Positions 18,900 through 28,654 of a DNA stretch of 64,000 nt are shown one piece after another. The first letter of the stretch is position 1. Each line of letters starts with the position of its first letter. A program made the position numbers and the translations under genes. This DNA is from an uncultured bacterium (GTDB taxonomy: Bacteria > Krumholzibacteriota > Krumholzibacteriia > JACNKJ01): positions 4,830-68,829 of the forward strand of contig CAZVHI010000003.1 in the NCBI GenBank assembly GCA_964627205.1, written 5' to 3'. The notes under the pieces are model-generated. The model did not search any database and was not told the origin of the DNA. It saw only the letters and a program-made list of their open reading frames with translations.

Positions 18900-19796
18900 C
18901 TACTCCGGCCGCCGGAAGGCGCAGAGGAGCTTGGCCTCCATGCCCAGAGCCCGGTCGAGCAGGCTCACGGCGCGGATGGCGGTGCGGGCGGGCTGCCGGT
19001 AGCGCCCGATGCCGAAACGTGTGACGTGCGCCTCCTTGCTCGTCATGGCGATCCGTTCCGCGCCGAGCTGCTCCAGCAGGCACCTCAGACTGCCAGCCGT
19101 GAAGTAGGAGACGTGGGTCGGATGGTAGAGGCGCGCGAGGGGGCGGCGCAGCCTGCCTGCCGTGAGGCGATAGCCCGCCCGGGAGAGGACACGGAAGAGC
19201 GTGGTCTCCGACGGCACTTCGACGATCCCCCAGCCACCCGGCCGGAGGAGCCCCAGCATCTGCCGCAGCACCTCCCGGGGAAAGGGGACGTGCTCGAGGA
19301 CGTCGAAGATGGTCACGAGGGCGAAGTGCCCGACGGGGAGATTCGCCTCCTCGATGGGCAGGCCGCGCAGGTCGAGCCCGTGCTCCTCGCGTCCCCAGGC
19401 GGTCATGGGTTCGGAGATGTCCACGCCGACCAGCTCGCCCGTAAAGCCGTGCTCCCGCATCTCGTTCAGGAAGAAGCCCCGACCGCAGCCGATGTCCAGC
19501 ACCGGTGCGCCGTGATCGATCTCGGCCAACGAGGCGCCCGCTCGCGTAAGGATGCGGTCAACGCTCTCGCGTTGCTCCGCTACGATCTGCCGCACGTCGA
19601 AGTGCTGCATGTAGCCGTCGGTGTACTGGTCCTTGCGGTAACGCTCGTGTTCGACCTCGCGGTCGCGCAGACCACTGAGGTAGACGAAACCGCAACCCGT
19701 GCAGCGCGTGACGCTGTAGTCGTCCAGGTCGGCGACGATCCGGGCGTGGGTGTCGCTCTCGCAGACCTGGCAGGGCCCGGCGACTCGATCCGTCAA
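18900..19796 (-). CDS. Class I SAM-dependent methyltransferase with an N-terminal Cys4 zinc ribbon
   Basis: CQVCE...CTGCG zinc ribbon. Motif I LDIGCGRGFF. DVLEHVP motif. Sits between trpB and trpA. Confidence 0.75.
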   Translation of the reverse strand: MTDRVAGPCQVCESDTHARIVADLDDYSVTRCTGCGFVYLSGLRDREVEHERYRKDQYTDGYMQHFDVRQIVAEQRESVDRILTRAGASLAEIDHGAPVLDIGCGRGFFLNEMREHGFTGELVGVDISEPMTAWGREEHGLDLRGLPIEEANLPVGHFALVTIFDVLEHVPFPREVLRQMLGLLRPGGWGIVEVPSETTLFRVLSRAGYRLTAGRLRRPLARLYHPTHVSYFTAGSLRCLLEQLGAERIAMTSKEAHVTRFGIGRYRQPARTAIRAVSLLDRALGMEAKLLCAFRRPE

Positions 19797-19815
19797 GTCG
19801 ATTTCCTCCCTTGCG

Positions 19816-21030
19816 TCAGCCCAGCTCGGGGAAGCAGTGCCGCGCGGTCTCCATGTCCTTGTCGCCGCGGCCGGAGAGGCCGACCAGGATGGCCTGCCGC
19901 GTGCGCTTCCGCCAGGCGGCGCGGCCGCCCTTCGCGGCGCGGGCGTAGCGGCGCGCGAGCTTCACGGCCCCCGCCAGCGCGTGCGCGCTCTCCAGGGCGG
20001 GCACGATGCCCTCGGTCTCGCTGAGCAGCTGAAAGGCACGCAAAGCCTCGCGGTCGCTCACCGACCAGTAGCTCACGCGACCGCTGTCCCTGAGCGCCGA
20101 GTGCTCCGGGCCGACGCCGGGGTAGTCCAGCCCCGCGCTCACGCTGTGGGTTTCGGTGATCTGCCCGTGGCGGTCCTGGAGCACGTAGCTCAGCGCGCCG
20201 TGGAGGATGCCCGGGCTGCCCTTCGTCAGCGTGGCGCCATGGCGGCCGCTGCCGAGCCCCTCGCCGCCCGCCTCGATGCCGTGGATCTCGGCCTTGGTGT
20301 TCAGGAAGTCCTTGAAGAGCCCGATGGCGTTGCTGCCCCCGCCCACGCAGGCGACCAGCGCTCGCGGCGCGCCGCCGTAGCGGCGCCGGAACTGCGCCCG
20401 CGCCTCGCGCCCGATCACTCGTTGGAAGTCGGCGACCATCTTCGGGTAGGGGTGCGGCCCAGCCACGGTTCCCAACAGGTAGTGCGTGTCCGCCACGTTC
20501 GTCGCCCAGTCGCGCAGGGCCTCGTTGATGGCGTCCTTGAGCGTGCGGCTCCCGCTGTCGACCGGAATCACTCGCGCGCCCATGAGCCGCATACGGAAGA
20601 CGTTCAGCGCCTGTCGTTCCACGTCCAGCGCGCCCATGTAGACGTCCGTGGGCAGGTCGAAGAGCGCACCCATCATGGCCGTTGCCACGCCGTGCTGGCC
20701 GGCGCCCGTCTCGGCGATGAGGCGCCGCTTGCCCATGCGCCTGGCCAGCAGCGCCTGGCCGAGCACCTGGTTGGTCTTGTGCGCGCCGCCGTGCACCAGG
20801 TCCTCGCGCTTGAGGACGATCGGCCAGCCCACGCGCTCGCTCAGGTTCTCGCAGAGTGTGAGCGGCGTGGGGCGCCCGGCGTACTCGTGCAGCAGGCGCC
20901 GCAGCTCGCGGCGAAACTCCGGATCCCGCCGCGCGTCCAGCCAGGACGCCTCGAGCTCCTCGAGCGCGGGCATGAGGATCTCCGGCACGTAGAAGCCGCC
21001 GAAGTCGCCGAAGCGTCCTTTTTCTCGCAT
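19816..21030 (-). CDS. trpB: Tryptophan synthase beta subunit
   Basis: Start at [20 protein letters not shown]-site HGGAHKTNQ and GGGSNAIG motifs. Confidence 0.9.
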   Translation of the reverse strand: MREKGRFGDFGGFYVPEILMPALEELEASWLDARRDPEFRRELRRLLHEYAGRPTPLTLCENLSERVGWPIVLKREDLVHGGAHKTNQVLGQALLARRMGKRRLIAETGAGQHGVATAMMGALFDLPTDVYMGALDVERQALNVFRMRLMGARVIPVDSGSRTLKDAINEALRDWATNVADTHYLLGTVAGPHPYPKMVADFQRVIGREARAQFRRRYGGAPRALVACVGGGSNAIGLFKDFLNTKAEIHGIEAGGEGLGSGRHGATLTKGSPGILHGALSYVLQDRHGQITETHSVSAGLDYPGVGPEHSALRDSGRVSYWSVSDREALRAFQLLSETEGIVPALESAHALAGAVKLARRYARAAKGGRAAWRKRTRQAILVGLSGRGDKDMETARHCFPELG

Positions 21031-21116
21031 GAACTCTCCACGGAACGGGTCGGAGCGCCAGCCTAACCGAATTGCACCCGGGTGCAAAACCCGATTTCAG
21101 CGAGGTGGAGTGAGCG

Positions 21117-22508
21117 CTAGCGCAGCGCGGCGAAGAGGCGTTGCAGTTTCTCCGGGTCCTTGCGGCCCGGCTCGGCCTCGACGCCGCTGGCCAGGTCCAG
21201 GGCGAAGGGCCCCAGGGCGGTCGCCTCGGCCGCGTTCTCCGGTGTCAGCCCGCCAGCCACGATCACCTGTGCCGCGAAGCGCTCGGGCGCGGCGGCGCGC
21301 AGGCCGCCCAAGAGTGACCAGTCGAAGCGGCGGCCCGTGCCGCCGTGCTTGCCGGGCGAGAAGGCGTCGAAGAGGTAGTAGTCAGCCGGAAAGTCTGCGG
21401 GCGGCAGCTCGGGCGCCGCGTCTGCCACGGGCAGGGCCCGGACGAGGAACACGTCCTCGAGTTGCCGCTTCAGATCGGCCAGCGCGCGCTCGTCGTAGTC
21501 GCCGTGGAGCTGCAGGCCGTGCAGGCCGCAGCGCCGCGCCACGGCGATAAGCTCGTCCACGGGAAGCTCGACGAAGACACCGACCTTCACGCCGGCCAGC
21601 CCCCGCACGATCTCCTCGCAGGCCTCGGGGCTCACGCTGCGCGGGCTCTCCGGGTGGAAGACGAAACCCAGCCAGCTCGCGCCCGCGTCCAGCGCCGCCT
21701 GGGCATCGGCGCGGCTGGTGATGCCGCAGATCTTCACGCGGCCGTAGGTCAGCTCCTTGACCTTGCCCGCCATGTCCGGTGCGGCGAGGATGGCGCTGCC
21801 GATCAGGAAGGCCTGCGCGCTGCCGCACAGCCGCAGCACGTCCGCCCGCGTCTCCACACCCGACTCGCTCACGAGCACGATCCCCTCCGGCACGCGCGCT
21901 GCCAGGCGCTCGGTGGTCGCGAGGTCGATGCTCAGGTCGCGCAGGTTGCGGTTGTTGATGCCGATCAGGCCTGCGCCCGCGGCCAGGGCCCGCTCCAGCT
22001 CCGCCTCGTCGTGGACCTCCACCAGTGCGTCCATGCAAAGCGCTTCGGCGGCCGTGCGCAGCTCGCGCAGTCGTGTGTCGTCCAGCGCGGCTGCGATGAG
22101 CAGCACGGCGTCCGCGCCGAGCCAGCGCGCCTCGGCCACCTGGTAGGGGTCGACGATGAAGTCCTTGCGCAGCAGCGGCCGGCTCGTGAGCCGCTGCGCA
22201 CGGCTCAGGTCCTCGCCCCGGCCGCCGAAGAACTCCGCGTCGGTGAGTACGCTGATCGCATCCGCGTGGCGCTCGTAGACCGCGAGCAGCTCGTCCAGTT
22301 GGAGGTCCGGACGGATGGACCCCCGCGAAGGGCTAGCCTTCTTCACCTCCAGCACGAAGCGGCGGCCCGGCGCGGCCAGCGCGCCGCGGAAGTCCCGGTC
22401 CGACGGCGCCAGCTCGGCCTCGATCTCCGGCAGCGGCCGCGCGCGCTTGGCGCGCGCCACCTCCTCGGCCTTGGTGGCCAGGATCCGTTGCAGGACGGAC
22501 TCGCTCAT
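21117..22508 (-). CDS. trpCF: Bifunctional indole-3-glycerol-phosphate synthase / phosphoribosylanthranilate isomerase
   Basis: Start at MSESVLQRILATKAEEV. N-terminal IGPS domain (FVLEVKKASPSRG, LIGINNRNLRDL). C-terminal PRAI domain (VKICGITSRADA, LHGDYDE). ATGA overlap with the trpD stop. Confidence 0.85.
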   Translation of the reverse strand: MSESVLQRILATKAEEVARAKRARPLPEIEAELAPSDRDFRGALAAPGRRFVLEVKKASPSRGSIRPDLQLDELLAVYERHADAISVLTDAEFFGGRGEDLSRAQRLTSRPLLRKDFIVDPYQVAEARWLGADAVLLIAAALDDTRLRELRTAAEALCMDALVEVHDEAELERALAAGAGLIGINNRNLRDLSIDLATTERLAARVPEGIVLVSESGVETRADVLRLCGSAQAFLIGSAILAAPDMAGKVKELTYGRVKICGITSRADAQAALDAGASWLGFVFHPESPRSVSPEACEEIVRGLAGVKVGVFVELPVDELIAVARRCGLHGLQLHGDYDERALADLKRQLEDVFLVRALPVADAAPELPPADFPADYYLFDAFSPGKHGGTGRRFDWSLLGGLRAAAPERFAAQVIVAGGLTPENAAEATALGPFALDLASGVEAEPGRKDPEKLQRLFAALR

Positions 22509-23518
22509 TTCAGGTCCCTGCTGGCCTGCGCCCAACGCTCCAGGAAGCCCTCGGCCTCGCCGGAGGCCAGGTGCTCGAGCACGCGCCGGTAGGCCACGTT
22601 CCAGTCGTCCTCCTCGCCGACGAGGATCAACCCCGCCGCGGCGTTCAGCGCCACGGCCCGTGCCCGCGGCCCGCTGTCGCGGCCGCCGAGGATCGCGCGC
22701 AGGATCTCCGCGTTCTCGCCCGCGTCGCCGCCGGCGAGCTCGTCGGGCTCGGCAGGCTCGATGCCCAGCACCTGCGGGTCCACCTCGAGACCGCGCAGCC
22801 CGCCGCCGTCCAGCGCGATGACCTGGCTCGGACCGTGCAGGGCCAGCTCGTCCATGCCGGATCCGAAGACGACGAAGGCTCGCTCCACGTCGAGGTCCAA
22901 GAGCGCCTGGGCCATGGGCTCGAGCAGCGCCTCGTCGTAGACGCCCAGCACCTGGGCCGTGGGCCGCGCCGGGTTGCTCAGGGGGCCGATCAGGTTGAAG
23001 AGCGTGCGCGTGCCGAGCGCGCGGCGCACGGGCATGACGTGCTTCATCGCCGGGTGGTAGCGCGGCGCGAAGAGGAAGGCGATGCCCAGCTCGCCTAAAA
23101 GTTTGGCGTTGGCCTCGGGGCCGAGGTCGAGCTCCACGCCCAGCGCCTCGAGGACGTCGGCGCTGCCCGCCCGGCTGGAGACGGCGCGGTTGCCGTGCTT
23201 GGCCACGGCCACGCCCGCGCTGGCCAGCGCGATCGCGGAGGCCGTGGAGATGTTGAAGCTGTGCCGGCCGTCGCCGCCGGTGCCGCAGGTATCCAGCAGG
23301 GGACGCCTCTCCGTCTCCACCGCCAGCGCGGCCTCCTGCAGGGCGCGGGCGGCGCCTCCGATCTCGGGCGGGCTCTCGCCCTTGATCTTCAGGGCCATCA
23401 GGACGCCGGCGATCACGACCGGGTCCAGCTCCCCCTTCATGATCTCCCCGATGACGATCCGGGTCTCCTCGAAGCTCAGGTCGCCACCTTCGTAGAGCTT
23501 GCGCAGGATCAGCTCCAT
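22505..23518 (-). CDS. trpD: Anthranilate phosphoribosyltransferase
   Basis: Start at MELILRKLYEGG. Motifs DTCGTGGDGRHSFNISTA and KHGNRAVSSRAGSADVLEALG. Confidence 0.85.
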   Translation of the reverse strand: MELILRKLYEGGDLSFEETRIVIGEIMKGELDPVVIAGVLMALKIKGESPPEIGGAARALQEAALAVETERRPLLDTCGTGGDGRHSFNISTASAIALASAGVAVAKHGNRAVSSRAGSADVLEALGVELDLGPEANAKLLGELGIAFLFAPRYHPAMKHVMPVRRALGTRTLFNLIGPLSNPARPTAQVLGVYDEALLEPMAQALLDLDVERAFVVFGSGMDELALHGPSQVIALDGGGLRGLEVDPQVLGIEPAEPDELAGGDAGENAEILRAILGGRDSGPRARAVALNAAAGLILVGEEDDWNVAYRRVLEHLASGEAEGFLERWAQASRDLK

Positions 23519-23553
23519 GTCGCTCCCTTTCTCGCTACGTGGTATCCCGGCAC

Positions 23554-24147
23554 TCAGCCCGTCTGCGGCGCGTGCTCGTGCGCCCAAGCGATAAGGTTCT
23601 CGATCAGGCGTCCGCCCTCCGGCGTCAAGATGCTCTCGGGATGGAACTGCACTCCCTCGATCGCCAGCGTCTCGTGGCGCAGGCCCATCACGATGTCCCC
23701 GCAGCGCGCGCTTATCTCGAGGCAAGTGGGGATCTCCACGCCCACGAGGCTGTGGTAGCGGCCCACGGCCATCGGGCTCGGCAGGCCCGCGAAGAGCGTG
23801 CGGGCGTCGTGCTCCACGAGGTTCGCCTTGCCGTGCACGGGCAGGGGCGCGCGGTCCACGCGTCCGCCGAAGACCTCGACGATGACTTGGTGGCCGAGGC
23901 AGACGCCGAAGATGGGCAGCTTGCCGGCCAGCTCGCGCACGGCCTCCAAGCAGACGCCCGCGCGGGCGGGCGTGGCGGGGCCCGGCGAGACGACCAGCAG
24001 GTCCGGCCGCTCCGCGGTGACTATGCCCACGCAGTCACTCAGGGCGATGTCGTTCCGGTAGACGAGCACCTCTGCTCCGCGCTTGGCGAACTCGTCCACC
24101 AGGTTGTAGGTGAACGAGTCGAAGTTGTCGATGAAGAGCACCTTCAC
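23554..24147 (-). CDS. trpG: Anthranilate synthase component II (glutamine amidotransferase)
   Basis: GTG start overlapping the trpE stop (GTGA). Class I GATase motifs GVCLGHQ and VQFHPES. Confidence 0.85.
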   Translation of the reverse strand: MKVLFIDNFDSFTYNLVDEFAKRGAEVLVYRNDIALSDCVGIVTAERPDLLVVSPGPATPARAGVCLEAVRELAGKLPIFGVCLGHQVIVEVFGGRVDRAPLPVHGKANLVEHDARTLFAGLPSPMAVGRYHSLVGVEIPTCLEISARCGDIVMGLRHETLAIEGVQFHPESILTPEGGRLIENLIAWAHEHAPQTG

Positions 24148-25805
24148 GGGCCACCCTCCTCGTCGGACGCCGCCGCGGCGCCACCGGAGCGCGTCTCCAG
24201 CCCCAGGGCGGCCAGGGGCGCGCGGGCCTTACTGACCGTCTCCTCGGCCTCCCGTGCTGGCACCGAGTCGTAGACTACGCCCGCGCCCGCTCGCGCCACC
24301 GCGCTGCCGCCCGCGAGGAGCAGCGAGCGGATGACGATGCAGGTGTCGAATTGCCCGTCCAGTAGATAATAGCCCACCGCACCGCCGTAGAACCCGCGGC
24401 GGCTCTTCTCGTACTGCCTGAGCAGGCGCATGGCCTCCACCTTGGGCGCGCCGGTGAGCGTGCCCATGTTCATGGTGGCGAGATAGGCGTGAAGCGGATC
24501 GAGCTCGTCCGACAGCACGCCGCTGACGTGGCTGACCATGTGCTGCACGTGGCTGTACTTCTCCACGACGAAGAGCCGCTCGGCCCGGCGGCTGGCGGGC
24601 AGCGACACGCGCGCGACGTCGTTGCGGGCCAGGTCCACGAGCATCACGTGCTCGGCGAGCTCCTTGGCGTCCAGCTTGAGCTCGGACTCGTAGCGCGAGT
24701 CGAGGTCGCTGTCCAGCACGCCGCCCCGCAGGCCGCGTGGCTTGGTGCCCGCGATGGGACGGATGGCCACGCGCCGCTCCTCCCCCGCGCGGCCGGTGAC
24801 TTTGAGCGCCGTCTCGGGGCTGGCGCCCAGCAGGGTCATCTCCCCCAGGCGCAGGTAGAACATGTAGGGGCTGGGGTTGAGCTCGCGCAGGCGGCGGTAG
24901 ACGGCGAGCGGCTCCTCCCGTAGCGGCGCGTGGAAGCTGCGGCTCGGGACGATCTGGAAGACGTCGCCGGCGAGAATGTGCTCCTTCATGCGGACGACCA
25001 CCTCGGCGTAGGCCGCGTCGTCGAGGTCGGTCTCCACCTCGCCCTGCGTCAGGGCCGGCGGTGGAGGCAGCTCCGCCAGGGCCGGTGCGTCGGCGATCGT
25101 TTCCGCGCAGCGCCGCATGAAGTCCTGGGCCGCGTGGTACTCCTCTTCGTATTCGCGCTCGTCCTCGCCCGCGGCGAGGACCGTGGCGATGATCGTGCAG
25201 CGGTCGTGGATGTGGTCCACCTGGAAGAGGCGGTCGGCGAGGTAGAAGACGTAGTCGGGCACGGGCAGGGGGTCCGCCTGCTCGTCCACGGAAGGCAGGG
25301 ACTCGAAGCAATCCACGAAGTCGTAGGAGAAGGCGCCGAAGAGGCCGCCGGGCGGGAAGCTGCCGCCGGCCTCCACCGGGAAGGTCCGCTGCACCGCGCG
25401 CAGGAGATCCATGGGCCCCGGCTCGCGCAGGCGGGCCCTTTCCTCGAGGCCGGGCCGCGGGTCGGGCAGCTCGCCGCCCAGCAGGGCGTAGCCGTGCTCG
25501 CCGGCAACCTCGCTACCCAGGCCCAGCTCGTCGAGGGCCGGCCGGAGCCGGCGCAGCGCGCGCTCGCCCGTGGGGCGCAGGGCCTCCATGCTCCAGATCC
25601 CGTCCCGCCCGCTGATGCGGAGGCAGGGCTCGCCGCAGCCGAGGCTGCGTACCGCGTTGCGGCGGTGCACGTCCGCGCTCTCGAGGAGGAAGGCGTGAGG
25701 GGCGCGGCCCTCGTCGGACAGCGCGCTGAAGATCCGTAGCGGATCGACAGCCCCCGGCAGGACCTTGACGAGAGGGCGCGCCCGACCTGCCGCGCCGCCC
25801 GTCAC
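24144..25805 (-). CDS. trpE: Anthranilate synthase component I
   Basis: Chorismate-binding family motifs (LESAD, IAGTKPRG, GGAVGY). There is no in-frame ATG upstream of the conserved region, so a GTG start overlapping the aroF stop (GTGA) is proposed. The ORF-track 905-aa call 24144-26861 is an out-of-frame overrun across aroF. Confidence 0.75.
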   Translation of the reverse strand: MTGGAAGRARPLVKVLPGAVDPLRIFSALSDEGRAPHAFLLESADVHRRNAVRSLGCGEPCLRISGRDGIWSMEALRPTGERALRRLRPALDELGLGSEVAGEHGYALLGGELPDPRPGLEERARLREPGPMDLLRAVQRTFPVEAGGSFPPGGLFGAFSYDFVDCFESLPSVDEQADPLPVPDYVFYLADRLFQVDHIHDRCTIIATVLAAGEDEREYEEEYHAAQDFMRRCAETIADAPALAELPPPPALTQGEVETDLDDAAYAEVVVRMKEHILAGDVFQIVPSRSFHAPLREEPLAVYRRLRELNPSPYMFYLRLGEMTLLGASPETALKVTGRAGEERRVAIRPIAGTKPRGLRGGVLDSDLDSRYESELKLDAKELAEHVMLVDLARNDVARVSLPASRRAERLFVVEKYSHVQHMVSHVSGVLSDELDPLHAYLATMNMGTLTGAPKVEAMRLLRQYEKSRRGFYGGAVGYYLLDGQFDTCIVIRSLLLAGGSAVARAGAGVVYDSVPAREAEETVSKARAPLAALGLETRSGGAAAASDEEGGP

Positions 25806-26818
25806 GAGAGGACCCTCCCCTCCAGCTCCGCGTAGCGCCTCACCTGCTCGATGAGCCGCGCGAACTGGTCGGGGTAGAGGGACTGCTGACCGTCGCTCAG
25901 CGCCTGGTCGGGCTGGGGGTGCACCTCCACGATCAGGCCGTCCGCGCCCGCAGCCGTGGCGGCCTTGGACATGGGGATGACCATGTCGCGGATGCCCGTG
26001 CCGTGGCTGGGATCGACGATGATCGGCAGGTGCGTCCGCTCGCGCAGGTAGGGCACGGCGTTCAGGTCCAGGGTGTTGCGCGTGCCCGACTCGAAGGTGC
26101 GGATGCCCCGCTCGCAGAGGACCACCTGCTTGTTGCCCTCGCTGAGGATGTACTCCGCGCTCATGAGCAGGTCGTTGTAGGTGGCGCTCATGCCGCGCTT
26201 GAGCAACACGGGCTTGCCGCTGCGGCCCACCTCGCGCAGCAGGCGGAAGTTCTGCATGTTGCGCGCACCGACCTGGAACATGTCCGCGTGCTCGGCGATG
26301 AGGTCGAGCTCGTGCACGTCCGTGATCTCGGTGACGACGGGCAGGCCCGTCTCCTTGGACGCCAGGGAGAGGAGCTTCAGGCCTTCCCGCTCCAGGCCCT
26401 GGAAGCTGTAGGGGCTGGTGCGCGGCTTGTAGGCGCCGCCGCGGAGGATCTTGCCGCCCGCTTCCTTCACGATGCGCGCGCTCGCGACGATCTGCTCCTC
26501 GCTCTCCACGGCGCAGGGCCCCGCGATGACGGTGAAGTGCCCCGGACCGATGCTGACGCCCCTTACCGTCACGGCGGTGTCGTGGGTCTGCAGCTCGCGG
26601 CTGGCCCGCTTGTAGGGGCTGAGGATCGGCAGGACGCGGTCGACGAAGGGGTAGGCCTCGAGGGAGAGGTTGGCCAGGACGCGCTCGTCTCCCAGGGCGC
26701 CGAGGACCGTGCGCTCGCTGCCGGGCATGTAGAGGGGCTCGAGGCCCTGCTCCTCGATGACCTTGAGGAGCTTCTCCGCGTCGGCCTTCGTGGCTTCCTT
26801 CTTGAGGATGATGATCAT
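25802..26818 (-). CDS. aroF: 3-deoxy-7-phosphoheptulonate (DAHP) synthase, class I-beta with an N-terminal regulatory domain
   Basis: 338 aa. [19 protein letters not shown] and DPSHGTG motifs of the KDO8P/DAHP synthase family, plus a roughly 70-aa N-terminal extension. Confidence 0.8.
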   Translation of the reverse strand: MIIILKKEATKADAEKLLKVIEEQGLEPLYMPGSERTVLGALGDERVLANLSLEAYPFVDRVLPILSPYKRASRELQTHDTAVTVRGVSIGPGHFTVIAGPCAVESEEQIVASARIVKEAGGKILRGGAYKPRTSPYSFQGLEREGLKLLSLASKETGLPVVTEITDVHELDLIAEHADMFQVGARNMQNFRLLREVGRSGKPVLLKRGMSATYNDLLMSAEYILSEGNKQVVLCERGIRTFESGTRNTLDLNAVPYLRERTHLPIIVDPSHGTGIRDMVIPMSKAATAAGADGLIVEVHPQPDQALSDGQQSLYPDQFARLIEQVRRYAELEGRVLS

Positions 26819-26868
26819 GATCCGCCTGTCTCTCCACTCTCCGCCGCCCGGGGCGGCTCATGACTGTT

Positions 26869-28542
26869 TCAGGTCTTGTGCAGGACGAGCACGGTGACGT
26901 CGTCGCCCGGGGCTTCCGGGGCGCTAAAGCGGCGGATCTCGTCGATGATTGCTTCCGCCAGCGCCTCGGGGGCCAGATCCCGGTGCTCCCGCAGGAAAGC
27001 GAGCAGCCGCTCCTCCTCGTAGAACTCCTCGGTCCCCGCTTCGGCCTCCGTGACGCCGTCGCTGTAGACGAGCAGGACGTCCCCGCTCGACAGCTCCGTC
27101 TCCTTCATCTCGTACTCGGCCTCGGGGAAGGCGCCCAGCATCAGGCCGCCCGTGGACAGCTCCTCCACCTCCCCCGCGGCCCGGAGGAGCAGCGGGTAGT
27201 TGTGGCCGGCGTTGACGTAGCGAAGCCGGCCCGAGTCCGGGTCGAAGCGGGCGAGGAAGAGGGTGACGAAGCGCCGCCCCTGGGTGCTGCGGTGCATCGC
27301 GCGATTGAGGGTGACGGACATCTGCGGCAGGTCGCAGCCCGTGCCGGCGCAGGCGTGGACGTTGGCGTGCAGGCTGGCCATCAGCAGCGCGGCCGACATG
27401 CCCTTGCCCGAGACGTCCCCCAGCGCCAGGGTGATGCGGCCGTCCTCGCCCGTCAGGTAATCGAAGTAGTCGCCGCCGACGCCGAGGCAGGGGATGTTCC
27501 GGCCGGCGATCTCGCAGCCCCCGCCCACGAGGGGCTCGGCCGGAAGGAGCTGCTCCTGGATCTTGGCAGCGTTCTTCAGCTCCTCCTCGATCTGCTGGCG
27601 ACGGCGCAATTCCTCCTGGGCCTGGGTTTCCCTCACCTTCACCGCGGCCAGGTGCCCGATCAGGGTGAGCAGGCGCAGGTCGTCCTCCTCGAAGGGAGCG
27701 ATGGGCGAGCGCTTGTCCGCGTAGAGCAGGCCGATGACCTCGTGGTCGTCCCAGAGCGGCACGCAGAGGGCCGACTGGATGCGCTGGAGGATGACGCTCT
27801 TCTGCTCCTGGAAGCGCGCATCATGCTGCGCGTCGGCGACGAGGATGGCGTGGCGGTCCTGGATGACCCGCTGTGCGATGCTACGGCTCACGAGGATCTC
27901 GTCCCCCGACTGGCCTTCCGACACGTAGATCGCTCCCGGGAGCAGCTCGTCGTCCCCCTCGGGGAAGAGCAGGGTCGCGCGCTCGGCCTCGAGGATCTCG
28001 CCCACGAGGTCCACGATCTTCTGGTAGAGCTCGCCCAGGGGGCAGTGGACGAGCAGCGACTGCCCCACGCGATCGATCGTGCGGAAGAACTCGTCCTCGC
28101 GCGACGGGGCGACCGCCGCCGCCTGCTGCACCGGCGTCATCTTCCCGGAGCTCAGGAGCGAGATCAGGTCCACCGCGTGGACCGTGAGGGGGCGGTCCGG
28201 CTCCGAGAGCCGCAGCGAGCCGCTGCCCGTCTCCGCTGCGAAGCGGATGCGACTGGAGCCTGCCGTGATCCGGTCCCCCACCTCCAGGCGGCGGGGGGCG
28301 TCGAGGCGGTCGTCGTTGAGCAGGGTGCCGTTGCTGCTGCCGAGATCCTCGACCCAGTAGCCGCCGTCCCGGAAGAAGACCCGGCAGTGCTGGCGGGAAG
28401 CGGCGGGATCGGACAGGACCACGCAGTTGTCCGGGGCCCGGCCGATGGTGCAGGCTCGGTCCTCGCAGAGCTCGATCCGGCGCGGCTCGGGGCCGCCGGT
28501 GTCGATGATGAGCGCTGGTTTGCCTTGATTCATGGGCGCCAT
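26869..28542 (-). CDS. FHA-GAF-PP2C (SpoIIE/RsbU-type) serine phosphatase signalling protein
   Basis: Start at MAPMNQGK (28533 is an alternative). N-terminal FHA domain (TIGRAPDNCVVLSDPAASRQHCRV...GSSNGTLLN), central GAF domain, C-terminal PP2C domain (GDVSGKGMSAALLMASLHA). The longer N-terminal extension to 28809 was rejected. Confidence 0.7.
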   Translation of the reverse strand: MAPMNQGKPALIIDTGGPEPRRIELCEDRACTIGRAPDNCVVLSDPAASRQHCRVFFRDGGYWVEDLGSSNGTLLNDDRLDAPRRLEVGDRITAGSSRIRFAAETGSGSLRLSEPDRPLTVHAVDLISLLSSGKMTPVQQAAAVAPSREDEFFRTIDRVGQSLLVHCPLGELYQKIVDLVGEILEAERATLLFPEGDDELLPGAIYVSEGQSGDEILVSRSIAQRVIQDRHAILVADAQHDARFQEQKSVILQRIQSALCVPLWDDHEVIGLLYADKRSPIAPFEEDDLRLLTLIGHLAAVKVRETQAQEELRRRQQIEEELKNAAKIQEQLLPAEPLVGGGCEIAGRNIPCLGVGGDYFDYLTGEDGRITLALGDVSGKGMSAALLMASLHANVHACAGTGCDLPQMSVTLNRAMHRSTQGRRFVTLFLARFDPDSGRLRYVNAGHNYPLLLRAAGEVEELSTGGLMLGAFPEAEYEMKETELSSGDVLLVYSDGVTEAEAGTEEFYEEERLLAFLREHRDLAPEALAEAIIDEIRRFSAPEAPGDDVTVLVLHKT

Positions 28543-28654
28543 TCTCCGCGATCGGGGGCTCCGGCGCAAGCCCTGGGGCTTCCAAGCCCTGGGGAAAGGT
28601 GCTAGGGTGATTCGCCTCGTTACTCCCTCACATCGATCCACTTGGAGTTCGATC

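Noticed and set aside
19750-21066. 438-aa plus-strand ORF opposite trpB
   Set aside because: Antisense to a highly conserved trpB frame with Ala/Arg/Gly-rich artefactual composition.
24144-26861. 905-aa ORF fusing trpE with an out-of-frame read across aroF
   Set aside because: The N-terminal 350 aa are Arg/Pro/Gly-rich nonsense overlapping the well-conserved aroF frame. trpE is proposed to start at the GTG at 25805.
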